DNA from: an uncultured Gammaproteobacteria bacterium
GTDB taxonomy: Bacteria; Patescibacteriota; Patescibacteriia; Patescibacteriales; UBA12465
Direction: 5' to 3'
Assembly: GCA_964500975.1 (NCBI GenBank)
Contig: CAZCQW010000009.1
Span: 2,823-52,001, forward strand
Length of the DNA stretch: 49,179 bases
The notes under the pieces are model-generated. The model saw nothing but the letters and a program-made list of their open reading frames with translations. It was not told the DNA's origin and made no database searches. The translations under genes were made by a program, and so were the position numbers. Positions 34,781-44,739 of the stretch are shown here, one piece after another; the stretch's first letter is position 1, and each line of letters starts with the position of its first letter.

Positions 34781-36424
34781 TTACTTAGAGTATTTTTCAA
34801 TTATTAATTCGGCCACTTTCAAACCATCAATAGCGGAAGATATAATTCCACCAGCATATCCAGCACCTTCTCCGGTTGGATATATTCCCTTTATGTTTGA
34901 TTGCATAGATTCATCTCTTGTTATTCTAATTGGAGAAGAGCTTCTAGTTTCTACGCCAGTTAAAACCGCCTCTGGATTAGCGAAACCTTTTATTTTTTGA
35001 TTAAATAATGGCAAGGCAGCTCTAATACTGTCCAATACATACTCTGGCAAACAATCATTTAAAGAACCAAGGCGCACGCCGGGTTTGTAACTTGGATATA
35101 TTCCTTTTATTTTTTTTGAAGTTTGATTATTAATAAAGTCACTCACTAATTGAGCCGGGGCTTTATAGTTTTCTCCGCCGATAATATAAGCGGCCTTTTC
35201 CCACTTTCTTTGAAACTCTACTCCGGCCAAGGGATGATTTGATTCAAAATCACTTGGAAAAACGTTTACGAGCAAGGCACTATTAGAATTTTTACCATTT
35301 CTAGAATATTCACTCATGCCGTTAGTAACTAGTGACTTATTTTCTGAAGCGGCAGCAATAACATATCCGCCGGGACACATGCAGAAAGTATAAACAGAAC
35401 GATAACCGGATGCATGACACGCTAAAGCATAACGAGCAGCCGGAAGATTAGAATTTTTGTAGGAGTTTCCGTATTGAATCTTTTTCATTGTGCGAGCATT
35501 GTGTTCAATCCTTAAGCCAACGGAAAAGGCTTTTTGCTCAATATTTAGTTTGTTTTCATGCAACATCTCATAGGTATCGCGAGCCGAATGTCCGATTGCC
35601 AAGATTAAATCTTTAACTTTTACTTTTTCTTCGTTATTTAAAATAATCCCTTTCAGTTTATTATTTTCTATTTCTAAGTTTGTTAGACAAGTTTCAAATC
35701 TTACTTCCCCGCCTAAATTTATTATTTCTTGACGAATTTTTTTTACAGCTTCTCTTATTCTATCGGTTCCTATATGAGGATGTGCGTCAGTCATTATTTC
35801 TTCGGGCGCACCAAATTTAACTAAAGTCTCAAATATAAATTTTTTTCGTGGATCATTAATGAGGGTATATAATTTACCATCCGAAAAAGTTCCCGCACCC
35901 CCTTCACCAAATTGGATGTTTGATTTTGGGTCTAATCTTCCTTTTGTGAAGAACAACTCCACATCCTGACTCCTGGAATCAACGTCCTTACCCCTTTCTA
36001 TTAATATCGGCATTAAGCCAGCTTTTGCCAGGATTAAAGCTGCAAACAAGCCGCTAGGGCCAGAGCCAGCTATAACCGGCCTCTCTGTTTTAGTTTTTTT
36101 AAGAACAGATTTTATTTCATAAAAATATTCTTCCTGCAATTTTATTTTATGTCTGGTGATTTTTTCATTTACTTCTGTATTTTTCTCTAATTTTTTTATA
36201 AAATTTTCGGGGTTATTTACCTCGAGGTCAAGTGAATAAACAAAAATAATATTAGTTTTTCTTCTTGAGTCTAGCGCCTTTTTAACAATAGAGTAATTAA
36301 TAATTTCCTCAGGATTAACTTTTAATATTTCGACTACTTTATCTAGCAACAAAGACTCATCTTCGCCTAAATTAATAGAGACCTCTTCAATCCTAATAAA
36401 TTTTTTCCTATTTATTTCTTTCAT
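34781..36424 (-). CDS. FAD-dependent dehydrogenase (COG2509-type)
   Basis: IAGSGPSGLFAAL and FGEGGAGTFSDGKL motifs. Confidence 0.75.
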   Translation of the reverse strand: MKEINRKKFIRIEEVSINLGEDESLLLDKVVEILKVNPEEIINYSIVKKALDSRRKTNIIFVYSLDLEVNNPENFIKKLEKNTEVNEKITRHKIKLQEEYFYEIKSVLKKTKTERPVIAGSGPSGLFAALILAKAGLMPILIERGKDVDSRSQDVELFFTKGRLDPKSNIQFGEGGAGTFSDGKLYTLINDPRKKFIFETLVKFGAPEEIMTDAHPHIGTDRIREAVKKIRQEIINLGGEVRFETCLTNLEIENNKLKGIILNNEEKVKVKDLILAIGHSARDTYEMLHENKLNIEQKAFSVGLRIEHNARTMKKIQYGNSYKNSNLPAARYALACHASGYRSVYTFCMCPGGYVIAAASENKSLVTNGMSEYSRNGKNSNSALLVNVFPSDFESNHPLAGVEFQRKWEKAAYIIGGENYKAPAQLVSDFINNQTSKKIKGIYPSYKPGVRLGSLNDCLPEYVLDSIRAALPLFNQKIKGFANPEAVLTGVETRSSSPIRITRDESMQSNIKGIYPTGEGAGYAGGIISSAIDGLKVAELIIEKYSK

Positions 36425-36428
36425 TTTT

Positions 36429-37220
36429 TTATTTTGATTTTTTAATTGAGCTTAAGCTATACAGCAAAATTGAAGCAGCACTAGCTACGTTTAAAGATTC
36501 AATATCTTCACTCATTTCTATTTTTAAACTTTTTTTTGATAGCTTAATTATTGAATCACTAACGCCATGACTTTCACTACCTAGAACTAAACAAAATTGC
36601 TGATCAGCTTTAAATGATTTTAAATTCTCTCCTTGATGAGAGCTTGTAATATATATCGGGAGTTTATTTTTATTTTTTTGGAGCCAGTTAAAATCCCTAT
36701 CTTCGGTAATATTTACTTTAAAAATAGAATCCTTGGCGGCGCTGATTGTTTTTGCATTATAAATATCGGCACAAGCCTCGTCTAGTATTAAATTTTTAAA
36801 CCCAAAAGCCAGGCAAGCCCTAGTAATCGTACCTAGGTTTCCCGGGTCACTAACTCCATTTAGGTAAACAACGGATTCACCCTTATCTAACTTACTCACT
36901 TTAATTTTGTAAACAGCGCTTATTCCAGATGGGGTGTTCAGCTGAGAATATTGTTTATTGAGTCTCTCATCAATTAAGTAATACTTACTTACTTGAGTTA
37001 CTTTTAAAATAGCATCAAATTTATCTTTATTTTTGGTAATGAATTCTTTTGTCACAAATAAAGATTCAAAATCAAATCCACTATTTAAAGCATCATAAAT
37101 AATCGCTAGATTTTCCACGATAAATATGTTTTCCTGATAGCGATATTTTTTCAAAGCCAGTTTTTTTAGTAGCTGGATTTGTGCGTTTTGCGGGCTAGTA
37201 ATTATTTCCTCGGTTTTCAT
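36429..37220 (-). CDS. TrmH/SpoU-family RNA 2'-O-methyltransferase
   Basis: SDPGNLGTITRAC, LVLGSESHGVS and LNVASAASILLY motifs. Confidence 0.8.
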   Translation of the reverse strand: MKTEEIITSPQNAQIQLLKKLALKKYRYQENIFIVENLAIIYDALNSGFDFESLFVTKEFITKNKDKFDAILKVTQVSKYYLIDERLNKQYSQLNTPSGISAVYKIKVSKLDKGESVVYLNGVSDPGNLGTITRACLAFGFKNLILDEACADIYNAKTISAAKDSIFKVNITEDRDFNWLQKNKNKLPIYITSSHQGENLKSFKADQQFCLVLGSESHGVSDSIIKLSKKSLKIEMSEDIESLNVASAASILLYSLSSIKKSK

Positions 37221-37313
37221 ATTTTAGATCTAAGTAAGTAATGGATTAATTAATTATATTTTAACATATTTTATGTTATAATTTAAGCGAATTAAACTTA
37301 TCATTTAAACAAA

Positions 37314-38990
37314 ATGGAAACCAATATTTTTTTACAGCTAAGCTCTATTTTAGCGATTGCCGTTGGGATAGCGTTCTTAGTAAAACTATTAAAACAGCCG
37401 CTTTTAGTCGCTTATATTATGGCTGGTATTATTGGCGGGCCACTACTTTTGAATATTCTACATTCAGGCGAAGGTATTTATAGTTTGTTTTCTAGTTTTG
37501 GAGTTGTTTTATTATTGTTTATTATTGGCCTGGATTTAAATTTTACATATTTAAAAAAAATTGGCAAAGAGGCAGTTATAATTGCGATTTGGCAAATAAT
37601 TTTTAACTTCTTTCTAATTCTACCCTTAGCTATCTATTTCGGTTTTTCTTGGTCTGGAGCAATTTTTTTCTCTCTGGCCAGTTGTTTTTCAAGCACAATT
37701 GTTATCTTAAAGCTATTAAGCGACAAGCAAGACGAAGAAGCTGTTTATGGACGATACACGATTGGATTGCTTTTAATGCAAGATTTAATTTCTATATTTG
37801 TTTTAATATTTCTAACTTTTAGTAATCCTGTAACTATTTCTACTTCGGCTCCTTGGGTTAGCGTAGTTCAGTTTTTTTTGGTGTTAAGTTTAGTCTTCTT
37901 GCTTAGTAAATTCTTTTTACCTTATATATTAAAAAAAATATCTAGCTCTGGGGAATTTCTATTTATATTTACAATCGCCTGGTGTCTCGGAATTGCTTCC
38001 TTGATGTCTTGGAGTGGGTTCTCGCTAGAAATAGGAGCAGTAATCGCTGGCTTAAGTCTTGGTTCATCTCGTTATCGAGCGGAAATAGCTAGTCGCGTTA
38101 AACCGTTGAGAGATTTTTTCTTGATAATATTCTTTATTTTATTAGGAAGTCAAGCTAATTTAACTCAAATTGATGGAGTTTTAATTCCGGCCTTGACCTT
38201 AGCATTATTAATTTTAATTATCAAACCGTTAGTATTGTATATTATTTTCAGATTTCGTCACTTTACTCGGCGCAATAGTTTTTTGGCGGCTTTAACTTCT
38301 GGACAGCTAAGCGAATTTGGATTTATCATTCTCTTTGCGGGCACCGCTTCGGGGTATTTAGACGAACGTGAGTTGGGAATATTTACTATTGCAGCCCTGA
38401 TAACTATTTTCTTTTCTTCTTATTGTATGACTTATAGTTATCAAATATATAACTTTTTAATGCCTTTCTTCTCCTTGTTTGGAAAAGATAAATATATTCA
38501 AAGTGAGGAGAGTAAAGAAGTGTTTGAAGCGATGATTTTTGGTTATCATAGAACTGGTTGGAAAATCGGGGAGGCGTTAAAAAAAGAAAAAATTAAATTT
38601 GCCGCCGTTGACTTTAATCCAGATAACAACACTCTTTTTAAAGAATCAAAAATCAAAGCCTTTTTTGGAGACGCATCAGACATTGAATTTTTAAAATCAT
38701 TACCACTTGATAAAGCAAAAATAATTATTTCTACTGTTCCCTCACCTGAAGATCAATTAGTTTTAATTAACTTTATTCGTCAGCACAACCCCAATGCGAT
38801 TATGATAGCTAGTCTATATCACAAGAAGTATCTTAAAGCCCTCTACAAAGCTGGGGCTGATTATGTAATTCTGCCGCATTTACTAGGAGGTTCATGGGCC
38901 TCTGAAGTTATCCTGCGTGGTGAAATAAAAAAGCGCTCTGCCTGGAAAAAATATCGCAAGCAACAAGCACTTGATATTGAAGCTAAATAA
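37314..38990 (+). CDS. CPA2 cation:proton antiporter with C-terminal RCK/TrkA-N domain
   Basis: 558 aa. About 12 TM helices, then a Rossmann-like IFGYHRTGWKIGEAL domain. Confidence 0.85.
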   Translation: METNIFLQLSSILAIAVGIAFLVKLLKQPLLVAYIMAGIIGGPLLLNILHSGEGIYSLFSSFGVVLLLFIIGLDLNFTYLKKIGKEAVIIAIWQIIFNFFLILPLAIYFGFSWSGAIFFSLASCFSSTIVILKLLSDKQDEEAVYGRYTIGLLLMQDLISIFVLIFLTFSNPVTISTSAPWVSVVQFFLVLSLVFLLSKFFLPYILKKISSSGEFLFIFTIAWCLGIASLMSWSGFSLEIGAVIAGLSLGSSRYRAEIASRVKPLRDFFLIIFFILLGSQANLTQIDGVLIPALTLALLILIIKPLVLYIIFRFRHFTRRNSFLAALTSGQLSEFGFIILFAGTASGYLDERELGIFTIAALITIFFSSYCMTYSYQIYNFLMPFFSLFGKDKYIQSEESKEVFEAMIFGYHRTGWKIGEALKKEKIKFAAVDFNPDNNTLFKESKIKAFFGDASDIEFLKSLPLDKAKIIISTVPSPEDQLVLINFIRQHNPNAIMIASLYHKKYLKALYKAGADYVILPHLLGGSWASEVILRGEIKKRSAWKKYRKQQALDIEAK

Positions 38991-40100
38991 TTATTTTTTA
39001 AATGCAGCCAGGAAAGTGGCGATAGGCATTGATAACATCACTCCTATACTTCCAACTAAAGTTCTGACTATTTCCGTGCTGACAACTTCAGTATTTATTA
39101 AGCGATTGAAGGTTAGATTGGCGTCTTGATTTAAAATAAATAATAACAGAAGTGGCAAGGCGGCGCCAGCGTAAGTTAGAAATAATGTATTAATAATCGC
39201 CCCTAAATGAGTATTCCCAACCCTATAGGCGAGATTAAATATCTTTTTTGGACTAAGAGATGGATTTGCCTCTCTAATACTATTAACTGCCTCAATTTGA
39301 CCGACAACGATATCATCTAAAACGCCAATAGCTCCAATAATAAAGCCGGCGAGCAACAAGCCTTTAAAATTTATCTCGGTAGTTCCGATCCCAATTAAAA
39401 AACTAGCATCTTCTTGGGCCAAGCCAGTTAATCTTGTTAGTTTAGTAAAAATTAATGATAAGATTAGCGTGGTAAGCAAAGATAATAAAACAGATACAAT
39501 CGCGATATGCGATTTTTTTTTAAATCCTTCGGTTAAATATATAATAATAGCAAGAATAATCAGACCACCAATAAGACTAACTAAAAATGGATCACGCCCT
39601 GCTAGTATCTGAGGCAAAATGAATTTAATAATAATAATGAAACTGAGGACAAGGCTAAGCAAAGCCTTCAGGCCTTTATATCTTCCAATTAAAAGCACGA
39701 CGGCAATAAAAATTATTAATAAGATATAAATATAACCAGTTCTAACAAAATCAACCACGTAAAATGTTTCAACGCCCGCTTCGTCAATAAATCTATCAAT
39801 ATAAACTGTGTCGCCTATTTTATAAAAATTAGAACTATCTACCTGAATTTCGGAGATTCCATTATAAACAATCTTCTTATCCTTAAAGTCGCCTTCAAGA
39901 CCAAGAAGTTTCAAATTTTGTTGTTTATATTTTGAACCATCTTCCCTAGTCTTTTCTTCTACGGCTAAAACTTCAATGACGCTTGCTTTAAAAGTTGTTG
40001 AATCTGTTGGGATTACGACATTTTCTTGCGCTTTTGCTAGTGAAGAAGTAAACAATATAGAAAATAGGCTAAATATTAATATTTTTTTGAGTAAACTCAT
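38991..40100 (-). CDS. YibE/F-family membrane protein
   Basis: Signal peptide, an exported domain of about 100 aa, then 6-7 TM helices with the YibE/F-like pattern. Confidence 0.7.
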   Translation of the reverse strand: MSLLKKILIFSLFSILFTSSLAKAQENVVIPTDSTTFKASVIEVLAVEEKTREDGSKYKQQNLKLLGLEGDFKDKKIVYNGISEIQVDSSNFYKIGDTVYIDRFIDEAGVETFYVVDFVRTGYIYILLIIFIAVVLLIGRYKGLKALLSLVLSFIIIIKFILPQILAGRDPFLVSLIGGLIILAIIIYLTEGFKKKSHIAIVSVLLSLLTTLILSLIFTKLTRLTGLAQEDASFLIGIGTTEINFKGLLLAGFIIGAIGVLDDIVVGQIEAVNSIREANPSLSPKKIFNLAYRVGNTHLGAIINTLFLTYAGAALPLLLLFILNQDANLTFNRLINTEVVSTEIVRTLVGSIGVMLSMPIATFLAAFKK

Positions 40101-40254
40101 ATATTTTATTGAAATTTATACTATTATCTTAACCTATCTACGAGTTCAAATCAAATTAACTACTAAAGTATTGATTGACGATTTTTAAATATAGTGATAA
40201 TCTTTACTATTAATAGTACCTTACATAATCACAAATATTTACAAAAAAATAAAA

Positions 40255-40557
40255 ATGGAAATAAAAAAACTAAAACCAGGAATAACTGTAATTCTAGTTC
40301 TTGATGGGGTTGGAATTGATAAGTTATATGTGCTTGATTTAAAACAAGAAGGCCTGAACGGTGACAAAGAAATTAAATTAAAAAGTTTAGTTCTTCATTC
40401 AAATGAGGAATTTAGTTTTTGTTTATTTAGAGAGGGTTGGCTGCTTGTTGGGTCGGACCCAATGACGGATAAGCCATGTTATGCGAGCCGTGGCCCAGCT
40501 TATACCCTTGAATCATCCCTTCATCCGAATTGGATTAATTGGAAATTAAGTGCTTAA
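40255..40557 (+). CDS. hypothetical protein (100 aa)
   Basis: ORF with an upstream TTGACG-17-TAATCT promoter-like site and a downstream terminator. Confidence 0.5.
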   Translation: MEIKKLKPGITVILVLDGVGIDKLYVLDLKQEGLNGDKEIKLKSLVLHSNEEFSFCLFREGWLLVGSDPMTDKPCYASRGPAYTLESSLHPNWINWKLSA

Positions 40558-40576
40558 AATATAAATTAAGCTACAC

Positions 40577-40602
40577 AAAAGAGGACTAAGTCCTCTTTTT
40601 AA
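40577..40602. terminator. bidirectional intrinsic terminator
   Basis: aagaggac (40579-40586) / gtcctctt (40590-40597), with an A-run and a T-run. Confidence 0.85.
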
Positions 40603-40604
40603 TT

Positions 40605-41072
40605 TTATTTTACTAGGATTTTCTCTTTCTTGAGTTCATTAATTACTTCGTCTAAACTATCTAGCAGTGGCAGTTTAAACTTTATACAAATAAACTCAAC
40701 ATTTCCTCGGCGCCAAAATTTTTTTGGACAACAACAAATTATTTTATGATTTCTAGAGAATAAACCGAGTTCTAATAAAGAAATTGGACTTTTTGAATTA
40801 GGTGCAAAATACATGATAACGTAATCACTTTTTTCTAGACCCGAGAATTCCCACTCTAACTGTTCTTTAAATTTTCTATTAGTAATTGTTTGTTTCCAAG
40901 AGGAGTCCCAATGATCACGACGGGGATTTAATAGGGTTCCCTGATATGATTCTAGTAACACTGCAATCTTTGTTTGCCAATCTTCAGCTTTACCCATTTC
41001 AATGCTACCCGCTAAAAATATAACTGGTTTTTGGCTTCTAATTATTTTATTTGGCGCTGTAATAACTTTCAT
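40605..41072 (-). CDS. nucleoside 2-deoxyribosyltransferase-like protein
   Basis: KPVIFLAGSIEMGKAEDWQ N-terminus is typical of the NDT-like fold. Assignment by eye. Confidence 0.5.
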   Translation of the reverse strand: MKVITAPNKIIRSQKPVIFLAGSIEMGKAEDWQTKIAVLLESYQGTLLNPRRDHWDSSWKQTITNRKFKEQLEWEFSGLEKSDYVIMYFAPNSKSPISLLELGLFSRNHKIICCCPKKFWRRGNVEFICIKFKLPLLDSLDEVINELKKEKILVK

Positions 41073-41073
41073 A

Positions 41074-41850
41074 TTAACTTAAGGTCTTAATCCAGTTATC
41101 CAAAAGTTTGTAGGCTTCGTCTAAATGTCCCTGGTCTCTAAATGTATGCGGAGCACCAGGAATCATATATAAACATTTACTGCCCGGCAATTCTTCAAAT
41201 AATATTTGTTGATGGCGTGGTAAGGTACAGTCATCAAGCTGACCCACCATCATAAAAACAGGCATCATTAATTTATCAGCTTTTTTTAAAAGATCATACT
41301 TCTCTTTTTCTTGTAAATATGACCATTTAATTTTAACTTCTAGTCCATCCCAGTCTTCAATTAACCAACCAGTTTTTTCCCAATGTTCTAATTCCTCTTT
41401 TGTGAATGTTTCTTTGCTTAAGTTGACGTTAATAACGGTAGAAATTGGCGCTAAAGCTTTTACTTCACTAGGATGATTTTCTGCATAAAACGCCGAAGAA
41501 ATTGCTCCGAGACTATGCCCGCAAAGAATGAATGGTTCTATGTAAAAATTTTGTTTCTTAGCCCAAGCAATAACATCCTCTAAATCCTCAAAGAAGGTGC
41601 TAATATTTGAATCCTCAAACACTCCTTCACTTTCATTGTCAGCATTCTCTACGCCGGTGTTAGTAGCATCAAAGCGGATAACCGTATATCCATTATTTTT
41701 AAAGCAATCGGAAAATGTTTTAATATGTTTAGAATCTTTGGAATCACCTAATCCATGCATAACAAAAGCTAAGCCTATCGGATTTTCATTTTCTTCCAGG
41801 ATTATCGCCATTTTTTTGTTATAGCGATTATTAATAAATATTTTTTGCAT
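41074..41850 (-). CDS. alpha/beta hydrolase
   Basis: Nucleophile elbow GHSLGA. HG-type oxyanion motif FVMHGLGD. C-terminal His (PGAPHTF). Confidence 0.75.
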   Translation of the reverse strand: MQKIFINNRYNKKMAIILEENENPIGLAFVMHGLGDSKDSKHIKTFSDCFKNNGYTVIRFDATNTGVENADNESEGVFEDSNISTFFEDLEDVIAWAKKQNFYIEPFILCGHSLGAISSAFYAENHPSEVKALAPISTVINVNLSKETFTKEELEHWEKTGWLIEDWDGLEVKIKWSYLQEKEKYDLLKKADKLMMPVFMMVGQLDDCTLPRHQQILFEELPGSKCLYMIPGAPHTFRDQGHLDEAYKLLDNWIKTLS

Positions 41851-41857
41851 AAATATT

Positions 41858-42466
41858 TTAAAGACTTTTAATTAATTTAACTATTTCCGGAAAAGTTTCT
41901 ACTCTAAAATGGCCATTTTTATTATCAAGAACAAAAATGTTTGCTTTCTTTAGTTTATTCATATATTTCTCAGCGTGAACTAAAGGGACGACCTCGTCAT
42001 TACTAGAAAAAAATAGATTAACATTTTTACAGCTCTTCTCTATCAGAGATAAATCAGATTTTAATTTAAAACCACCGGCGTAATAATCTCCAGCTAATAA
42101 ATTATCAAATGGTGCGGCAACTAAAATTAAAGCAGATATTTTTTTAGGAAATATATTTTCCGATAAATACTTTGCTAGAAATACTCCACCCATAGATACG
42201 CCAATCAAAATAACTCCATCACGCAAAAGCTTGATATAGTTTTCAAAATTTATTTTCCATTCATTATACTGAGCATTGTCTGGGTTAGGCATTCTCGGGC
42301 GAGAAATTTCAAAATCATTACCTAAATATTTATCAAGATAAGCATCTCGCCAATTATTCCATTTTCCAAGAGATACTTCCCTGTTTTTTAGATAACTTAA
42401 ATAATCAGTATAAGTTCTAAACGCTTCAGCCCCATGAATAAAGAAAATTTGTTTTTTATTTTTCAT
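41858..42466 (-). CDS. alpha/beta hydrolase (YdeN/RBBP9-like serine hydrolase)
   Basis: FFIHGAEA, GVSMGG elbow, C-terminal NGHF. Confidence 0.65.
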   Translation of the reverse strand: MKNKKQIFFIHGAEAFRTYTDYLSYLKNREVSLGKWNNWRDAYLDKYLGNDFEISRPRMPNPDNAQYNEWKINFENYIKLLRDGVILIGVSMGGVFLAKYLSENIFPKKISALILVAAPFDNLLAGDYYAGGFKLKSDLSLIEKSCKNVNLFFSSNDEVVPLVHAEKYMNKLKKANIFVLDNKNGHFRVETFPEIVKLIKSL

Positions 42467-42496
42467 ATTAGAAGAACTTAATACTTAATTAGTTTC

Positions 42497-43456
42497 TTAT
42501 TTAAGTATACTGTTAAATAAATATCCAGTAAACATGATTCCTAAACCAACTACTGAGGCGAATATAATTATGAGTTTAGTCTTCATAATTTTCTTTAAAA
42601 TCATGAATTCTGGCAGAGATAAAGCCGTTACAGCCATCATAAAAGCTAAAGCAGTACCAATTGCTACACCCTTCTCTGTTAAAGCACTGAGTAAGGGGAT
42701 AATGCCTGCAGCATTAGAATATAGAGGTATTCCAATTAAAGTAGCCAGTGGAACAGCGAACCAATTATCTGACCCTGCGTATTGAGCCAAGAAATCAGCC
42801 GGTATGTACCCATGAATCCAGGCACCTAGGCCAACACCAATAATAATGTAGGGCCAAACTTTTTTAATTATGCTAAAAGAATATTTTTTTGAGAAAGTGA
42901 ATCTTTCCTTAAAAGTTTTATTACTAGATATTTGAGGTGTATTTTCATTCTTTATAATAAAATCGGCAACTAAATGTTCAACTTTTAAACGACCAATTAT
43001 TATACCAGATATAATTGCTATTAAAAGACCGCTAATAATATAAATAAGAGAAATTTTCCAACCAAAGAGACCAATTAACAAGACTAGAGCGACCTCATTA
43101 ATCATCGGTGAGGCAACTAAAAAGGAAAAGGTTACGCCAAGTGGCACACCCGCTTCAATAAATCCAAGAAATAATGGCACAGCCGAACAGGAACAAAATG
43201 GTGTCACTATTCCTAAAAGCGAAGCTAGAATATGACCAGTAAGTTTGTTTTTCTTTGCTAAAAATATTCTAACTTTTTCAGGTGGTAAATAGGTTCTAAT
43301 AAAAGAGACAATAAATATAATTACTAGTAGCAGAATAAATATCTTTAGTACATCAGCAATAAAAAAGACTAAAGTATTTGCTAAAAGGCTTCCCTCTTTC
43401 ATGTCAAAAACTGAATAACTTAACCATTCAGCTAGTAATTCTAAAGGATAAAACAT
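42497..43456 (-). CDS. DUF318/ArsP-type permease
   Basis: 319 aa polytopic. Hallmark GIVTPFCSCSAVPLFLGF motif. Confidence 0.75.
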   Translation of the reverse strand: MFYPLELLAEWLSYSVFDMKEGSLLANTLVFFIADVLKIFILLLVIIFIVSFIRTYLPPEKVRIFLAKKNKLTGHILASLLGIVTPFCSCSAVPLFLGFIEAGVPLGVTFSFLVASPMINEVALVLLIGLFGWKISLIYIISGLLIAIISGIIIGRLKVEHLVADFIIKNENTPQISSNKTFKERFTFSKKYSFSIIKKVWPYIIIGVGLGAWIHGYIPADFLAQYAGSDNWFAVPLATLIGIPLYSNAAGIIPLLSALTEKGVAIGTALAFMMAVTALSLPEFMILKKIMKTKLIIIFASVVGLGIMFTGYLFNSILK

Positions 43457-43461
43457 AAAAT

Positions 43462-44736
43462 TTATTTAACTTGTAAATACTTAAAAATGTCTTCGGCAGC
43501 GATAGCCCCCTCTGAACATGCAGTTATAATTTGTCTAAATGAATTTGAATTATTTGTTATGTCTCCAGCCGCCCAAACCCCACCCCTACTAGTCCTCTGA
43601 CTCGCCTGAGTTTTAATATAATTTTTTTCATCGGTTTCTAGTGAGAGTTGATTAATCAAGTTCAAGTCTGGTTCAGAGCCAACCTCAACGAATATTCCAT
43701 CAAGAGTTAAAAAATCCTTTCCAATAAAATCTTTACTCAATCTAATCCCAGTTAGCTTATCGGTGCCCAGTAACTCAATAATTTCAGTATTATAAATCAC
43801 ATCAATCTTTTTATTTTCTTTAATTTGATCAATCCAAGCAGTTTCTCCTCGCAAAGAAGCTCCTCGATAAATTTGATAAACTTTACTAGCAACTTGCGCT
43901 AAATACAGCGCAGCTGTATTGGCACTATCGCTCCCGCCAATAACCGCAACCACTTTATCTCTATAAAACATGGCGTCACATGTTGCGCAATAAGAAATAC
44001 CTCTTCCTGTCAATTCTTTCTCATTTGGTAAACCAAGGTGTCGGTGCTTTGTTCCTGTAGCAATTAATACTGTTTTTGATTCAATATATTCTCCATTAGA
44101 TAAAATAATATTAAACAATTGATTAACTTGCTTAATAGATATAACTGAGGCAATTTTTTGTTGAACCTCTAATGCATTAACTTGGTCAAGCATTTTACGA
44201 CTTAAATCCATGCCAGAAATCTCAGTTTGAGAAGGAAAATTACAAATCTTATGGGATGAAGTCATGAGTCCACCTGGAAGATCACCCACTAATACCTGGT
44301 TAACCTTATAACGAGCTGCATATACTGCTGCGGTCATCCCTGCCGGACCATTACCAATAATACATAAATCAAATCTTTCGGTTTTTTTATCAGAATTTAA
44401 CTTCAAATTACTTTCTCCGCAAAGCTTTTCTAAAATTACTTTAAGATCTTTTTCCTCAACATCACCAGATAAGCGCTCGTCTAACAATTCAGTATCTTTA
44501 AAAAATAGAACTGTTGGGGATCCATTCACACCCAAAGAGACAGCTAACTCTCTATGTTGTTGGCGAAATATTTTGATAAATTTAGCATTTGGGAAAATCG
44601 TAGCCATTCTCTCGTAAATAGGAGCAAGCTTTTCACATGGCGGGCATTCATCAGAATAAAAATCAACAACTAGAATAGGCCAAGTCTTTTTTAATAACTC
44701 AAATTGATTATCTGATTCTAAATACGTAATTTCCAT
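43462..44736 (-). CDS. thioredoxin-domain / thioredoxin-reductase fusion protein
   Basis: N-terminal Trx fold with ECPPCEKLAP. TrxR part with IIGNGPAGMTAA, redox CATCDAMFY, and GGSDSANTAA NADPH site. Confidence 0.85.
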   Translation of the reverse strand: MEITYLESDNQFELLKKTWPILVVDFYSDECPPCEKLAPIYERMATIFPNAKFIKIFRQQHRELAVSLGVNGSPTVLFFKDTELLDERLSGDVEEKDLKVILEKLCGESNLKLNSDKKTERFDLCIIGNGPAGMTAAVYAARYKVNQVLVGDLPGGLMTSSHKICNFPSQTEISGMDLSRKMLDQVNALEVQQKIASVISIKQVNQLFNIILSNGEYIESKTVLIATGTKHRHLGLPNEKELTGRGISYCATCDAMFYRDKVVAVIGGSDSANTAALYLAQVASKVYQIYRGASLRGETAWIDQIKENKKIDVIYNTEIIELLGTDKLTGIRLSKDFIGKDFLTLDGIFVEVGSEPDLNLINQLSLETDEKNYIKTQASQRTSRGGVWAAGDITNNSNSFRQIITACSEGAIAAEDIFKYLQVK

Positions 44737-44739
44737 ACT

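Noticed and set aside
21316-40597. Terminators at 21316-21340 and 40579-40597 share the arms agtcctc/gaggact
   Set aside because: The arms are in opposite order with different loops and flanks. This is consistent with chance convergence of short GC-containing terminator stems, not a repeat family.
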